DNA from: Octopus sinensis | Taxonomy: Eukaryota | NCBI RefSeq assembly: GCF_006345805.1 | Contig: NW_021826925.1 | Location: forward strand, 1 to 11,657 | Direction of reading: 5' to 3' | Length of the DNA: 11,657 bases | Notes under the pieces: generated by a model | Seen by the model: only the letters and a program-made list of their open reading frames with translations | Told to the model about the DNA's origin: nothing | Database searches by the model: none | Translations under genes and position numbers: made by a program | In this document: in pieces, positions 7,732 through 11,657 of the stretch | Position numbering within the stretch: the first letter of the stretch is position 1 | How the letters are laid out: every line of letters begins with the position of its first letter

Positions 7732-8079
7732 GTACAGGACACCAAAAAAAACGTCGAACACAATGAGAAACGAAAGCATAAACACAAAACCAAGGAACTG
7801 GACATTTTTCTTAAACAACGAAAAAATACAGGACAAATAACAAGGAAAATTCCCCTTCTTCAGTCGCCATGGTTTCATCTACTCTGCGTTTCGAAGGTGA
7901 AGGCGATACGCATCTTCGATAGAAACTTTCCTTCCCGCGAAAAGCAAATTAGATAAAATTTGAGATCTTTTTGCGGAGGGGTAAAAATGGTAACAAAAAC
8001 AGGACAGTTCGAAACGCAGAGTAGATGAAACAGAGGCGACTGAAGAAGGGGAATTTTCCTTGTGTTATTTGTCCTGTAC
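7732..8079 (-). mobile_element. Probable Penelope-like remnant with an inverted duplicated arm
   Basis: Inverted arms 7827-7895 and 8008-8078 (one 2-nt indel, three adjacent substitutions) with a 112-nt spacer. A degenerate hammerhead-position motif CTATCGA...TTCGAAACGC lies on minus at 7886-7922. Flanked by microsatellites. Confidence 0.55.
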
Positions 8080-8112
8080 TCTCTCTCTATATATATATGT
8101 GTGTGTGTGTGT

Positions 8113-8321
8113 AAACTTAATCCAAACATGAAAACACAAAGAGAAAACACAACAACGTGAGGACGTGGAACAAATATACTATTATTGGACGCTCAGGAAG
8201 GAAGGAAAGAAGGAGGGTTTAACGTTTCGAGAGGAGCTCTTCGTCAGAAACCTAGGAAAAGGAAAGATCTAAAGAAGGGAAAACGGAGGAAAAAAATCGC
8301 CAACGGTACACACGCGGTCAC

Positions 8322-8324
<3 letters not shown>
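8113..8324 (-). mobile_element. Penelope-like pseudo-LTR remnant with a minimal hammerhead
   Basis: Block between (GT)n and (TA)n containing a canonical CTGACGA/GAAA core. Confidence 0.7.
8216..8252 (-). ncRNA. Minimal type I hammerhead motif
   Basis: GGTTT|CTGACGA|A|GAG-CTCCT-CTC|GAAA|CG|TT|AAACC: 5-bp stem I, 3-bp stem II, ACGT palindrome, predicted GUU cleavage between 8221 and 8220. Confidence 0.72.
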
Positions 8325-8364
<40 letters not shown>

Positions 8365-8376
8365 ATATATATATAC

Positions 8377-8418
<42 letters not shown>

Positions 8419-8443
8419 ATTATATATAATATATATATATATA
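8325..8443. repeat. (TA)n microsatellite
   Basis: Direct reading. Confidence 0.97.
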
Positions 8444-8835
8444 TTTAGTGTAGGAAGAAATGGAGCTGAACGAAGATTTAACAAAATCCTTTATATTATT
8501 TTCTACATATGTTTCAAAGGCTGCAAAGTCCCTAATTCGGATTGAATAAGGAGACCATTTTGCAGCCTTCTCTTCAGGAAAATCCAGGAACTTAATTCTT
8601 CAACAAAATGCACATCAAACTTTTCGACAAAGGAATTTTGTTAAATCTTCGTTCAGCTCCATTTCTTCCTGCACTAAATATATAAACTTCAAATTTCCGC
8701 ACTAAGGCACGGGTTTGAGACCCCATGGTCGTAACCTCAACCGTGATTTTTCTGTTGTGATTTTTGCTACCCAGGTATCGGTTATCTTTTGAATAATCCG
8801 TAACAAGATAATCATTTATCCATTTCAATAATTAT
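8438..8835 (-). mobile_element. Penelope-like remnant: hammerhead enclosed by an inverted repeat
   Basis: Inverted arms 8438-8492 and 8629-8684 (one substitution, one 1-nt indel); hammerhead in the spacer; (TA)n on both sides. Confidence 0.7.
8498..8583 (-). ncRNA. Type I hammerhead ribozyme with intact catalytic core
   Basis: ATTTTC|CTGAAGA|GAAGGCTGCAAA...TTTGCAGCCTTT|GAAA|CATATG|TA|GAAAAT: 6-bp stem I, 12-bp stem II with a further imperfect extension, palindromic ACATATGT stem III, GUA triplet. Confidence 0.85.
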
Positions 8836-8838
8836 TAT

Positions 8839-8890
<52 letters not shown>

Positions 8891-8925
8891 AATATATATG
8901 TATGTATGTATACGTGTATATATGT
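8836..8925. repeat. (TA)n/(TATG)n microsatellite
   Basis: Direct reading. Confidence 0.95.
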
Positions 8926-9227
8926 AAATAAGGATAAGATCGTTAATTTAAATATCGATCTTATTAAGTGGCCAGCATGGGAATAAAAACCTTAAAAGGT
9001 ACTAATTATTATTAAAATTATAATTTAGGGTATCTATATGTATGTGTGTGTATAAAATTAAAAAGTTAAAAGAAAATGGATAAAGATAATTAAAGAATAT
9101 GCTTGGTTCATTTTATTTGTATCATAACTGGAAAAGTAATGCAAATTAAGATGTTAAAAGGTTAAAAGATAAACCTATAAGAACAATTATAAAGGAACCG
9201 CATCAACAAAACAACCGAAAAAATGGG

Positions 9228-9340
9228 CACGACGTGCTTCTATCAGTTTCCGTCTACCAGTTCCACTCACAAGGCTTTAGTCGGCCCAAGGCTATAGTAG
9301 AAGACACTTGCCCAAGGTGCCATGGTGTGGGACTGAACCC
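9228..9340 (-). mobile_element. SINE family A internal fragment (B box to linker start)
   Basis: Reverse complement of about 6612-6722. Confidence 0.88.
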
Positions 9341-9516
9341 TCGCTTGATTTAGATCGTGTTGACCAAGGTGACCTCCCCTGGTTCGGAAAAATCGATAAA
9401 CTGAAATGGCTTTGGAAAATCGATATTGTACCCGTACTATACAACTTCTTCTCCACTACATCACTACAGTTGTACACTACCACACAACTACCACCCAAGT
9501 ACACCACTGCAGTGGT

Positions 9517-9733
9517 GCGGCGAGCTGGTAGAATCGTTAGCACGCCGGACGAAATGAGTAGCCGTATTTCGTCTGTCGTTGCGTTGTGAGTTCAAATTTC
9601 GCCGAGGTCGACTTTGCCTTTCATCCTTTCAGGGTCGATAAATTAAGTACCAGTTACGTACTGGAGTCGATGTAATCGACTTAATCCCTTTGTCTGTCCT
9701 TGTTTAGCCCCTTGTGGGTAATAAAGAAATAGG
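9517..9733 (+). mobile_element. Meta-type SINE, full length, third tail type
   Basis: Head GCGGCGAGCTGGTAGAATCGTTAGCAC, B-box-like GAGTTCAAATTTC, central GTCGACTTTGCCTTTCATCCTTTCAGGGTCGATAAATTAAGTACCAG, tail TTTGTCTGTCCTTGTTTAGCCCCTTGTGGGTAATAAAG. Confidence 0.92.
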
Positions 9734-9739
9734 TATATA

Positions 9740-10376
9740 TACTGCGGCACAACTAGTGTACTACTAAAGTACTTCACCACACTACTACATCCCAAACATC
9801 ACCTTTTCCACTGCCACCGCCACCACCTACATCAACACAGTCATCAACCACCATCATCATCACCGTTGTTATCATCAACACCACAACAACCACCGTCAGA
9901 GCCACTACTTCTTCCACCAACATCGCCATCAATATCATCTCAATCCCCAATACCACCACATTTATCACTGTCTCTCACCCATCACCACCACCACCATAAA
10001 CAATACATCCTCCACCACTACTACTACCACCACAACCACCACCACCAATAACAAAACAAACACCACAACCAGCGTCAGCACACCCACCCCACTACTACCA
10101 CCGTCAGCACCCCTTTCTTTATCATCACTACCTCCACCACCACCACCATCAGTACTACCATCTTCACCACACACCACCACTGCCACCGCCGCACCACCAC
10201 CGCCGCACCACACCGCCGACTCAGCCACCACCACCACCAACAACAACAACAATACAACACCACAACCAGCGTCAGCACCACTTTCTTTATCATCACTTCC
10301 TCCACCACCATCAATACTATCATCTCCACCGCCGACTCAGCCACCACCACCACCACCCGCCGCCGCCGCCACCGAC
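9740..10376. repeat. Compound (CAC/CAT/CAA/TAC)n trinucleotide array with an internal tandem duplication
   Basis: Direct reading; three 23-30 nt marker segments each occur twice between 10059 and 10353. Confidence 0.92.
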
Positions 10377-10529
10377 ACCTGAACCTCTATTTCCGTTCCG
10401 TTCCAAAGTATGTTAACAGTTGTGCCAAGGAGCCAGTGCTGCGAGAAGAGAGGCGCTGCTTGCCCTCCCATGTGGTTAACAAGCTATTAGTATTTTCACA
10501 CGTGGCGTTGAATTACTTACACATACATG

Positions 10530-10590
10530 AACAACAACAACAACAACAATACCAACAACAAAAACTACAATGGTAGCAGCAGCAGCAACA
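10530..10590. repeat. (CAA)n/(CAG)n repeat
   Basis: Direct reading. Confidence 0.9.
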
Positions 10591-10778
10591 CGATGAAGAT
10601 GAACAGTCAAGTACTTTGTGTGTGTGTGTTTGTAAAAAGTTGTTTGACACAAAACGCTATGAGAATGGATATTGCATTAAGTTAAGCGCCAAGTTTCGCG
10701 GTTTTTATTTCATACATACATGAATACGTGTGTGTGTGTGTGTTTGTATGCATGTATACATTTGCAATCTAAACAAAG

Positions 10779-10879
10779 ATATATATATATATATAATATA
10801 TATATATACAGATATACATATATACATATACATATATATATATATATAATACATATATAATATACATACATAATATATT

Positions 10880-10933
<54 letters not shown>

Positions 10934-10967
10934 ATATATATACACAAATAAGTATATGTATATATAT
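10779..10967. repeat. (TA)n/(TACA)n microsatellite
   Basis: Direct reading. Confidence 0.97.
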
Positions 10968-11242
10968 GACTTAGCCTTCCTCTCACACCGTCTCTGTTGA
11001 AGGGAATAATTAATAAATATCCTAGAAACAGCTGTAAGACCTATCTATAAATGCTCTAATATCTACACAGCCTTGGTTTTTTTATCTCATTACGCATAAA
11101 ATTCTTATATACACATGCTGACATAGAACTAACGTTGAACCCTTTATTCGCAATATTACCGAATCTTGAACTTAACTATGGTCTGTCTGTAGCACTTATT
11201 CAGCACTACCTGACACCTTTGGGTCTCAATGACACCATTATC

Positions 11243-11248
<6 letters not shown>
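10968..11248 (+). mobile_element. Probable Penelope-like pseudo-LTR remnant with a hammerhead-like motif
   Basis: Complex block between two (TA)n tracts containing the motif at 10990-11040; the 3' extent is uncertain. Confidence 0.5.
10990..11040 (+). ncRNA. Type I hammerhead-like motif (core variant A6>U)
   Basis: GTCT|CTGTTGA|AGGGAATAATTAATAAATATCCTA|GAAA|CAGCTG|TA|AGAC: 4-bp stem I, imperfect stem II (GGGA/TCCT, A-A mismatch at its base), palindromic ACAGCTGT, GUA triplet. Confidence 0.6.

Positions 11249-11272
<24 letters not shown>
11248..11272. repeat. (TA)n microsatellite
   Basis: Direct reading. Confidence 0.95.
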
Positions 11273-11273
<1 letters not shown>

Positions 11274-11550
11274 GGTGGGGGGGGGATAAGAAAAATCAAC
11301 GAAAATGCACATTGTAAATATAAAAAGAAAAGGCTTTTTATGACAGGTAACAACAGATATATACATTTAGATGGACTGAGGTAGTAATAAAAGTCATAAA
11401 AGTCATTATTATGAGATGATTATAAAGTCAGAAAACAAAGAATGCCATGGTTTCGTCATAAGCCATTCATTGCTTTGAATAAACACCCTTTTGTATTTTA
11501 TATTTTATTTTTGTAACATATTTTTACTATATATATATATATATATATAT

Positions 11551-11602
11551 CTTAGCTTGTTTCGGTCATTGAACCGATACCGTGCTGAGGCATCGCCTTG
11601 AA
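11551..11602 (-). mobile_element. Diverged 3' end of SINE family A
   Basis: CTTAGCTTGTTTCGGTCATTGAACCGATACCGTGCTGAGGCATCGCCTTGAA resembles 3440-3490. Confidence 0.6.
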
Positions 11603-11657
11603 AAAAGTACAAATATCACGCCGAGATATATATACGTATGCATTTACATATATATAT

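Noticed and set aside
8008-8066. GAAAC...CTGAAGA arrangement as a possible type II hammerhead
   Set aside because: Stem I cannot form, and the hairpin after CTGAAGA is followed by GTG or GTTA rather than GAAA.
8934-8964. 9-bp stem ATAAGATCG / CGATCTTAT with a 13-nt loop
   Set aside because: Possibly part of another repeat remnant, but there is no second copy or functional motif to support a call.
9774-10356. V/G/D-rich and T/P/H-rich ORFs resembling mucin or cuticle proteins
   Set aside because: Several frames on both strands are open because of trinucleotide slippage repeats, and there are no start or splice signals.
11440-11475. Minus-strand CTTATGACGAAACCATGGCA as a collapsed hammerhead
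   Set aside because: The core is mismatched, stem II is absent and there is no TH triplet in a register that allows stem I.
1-11657. CRISPR array, rRNA, prokaryotic operon or autonomous transposase/RT
   Set aside because: No regularly spaced repeat-spacer units, no rRNA-like sequence and no ORF with catalytic motifs; the composition is that of repeat-rich animal DNA.

Overview
This is AT-rich, non-coding eukaryotic DNA (intron or intergenic) made almost entirely of microsatellites and short interspersed repeats. The repeat families look like those I recall from octopus (coleoid cephalopod) genomes; this is inference, not a database result. I find no supportable protein-coding gene, and the listed ORFs are artefacts of microsatellites or SINEs. 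The window holds about 14 tRNA-derived SINE copies or fragments from four families, one 476-bp unit embedded in an (AAT)n tract, and five microsatellite-flanked elements that look like Penelope-like (PLE) pseudo-LTR remnants. The main signal is a cluster of type I hammerhead-ribozyme motifs with palindromic stem III: one fully canonical (8498-8583, minus), three near-canonical (4023-4060 minus, 8216-8252 minus, 10990-11040 plus), one cut off by the window edge and one degenerate. Three fold-back structures (4208-4441, 7827-8078, 8438-8684) share the same one-sided layout, in which one arm stops at a microsatellite and the other runs on into non-microsatellite sequence. PLE-borne hammerheads are a known class, so any novelty lies in these particular families, the U6 core variants, their density and the shared fold-back layout.
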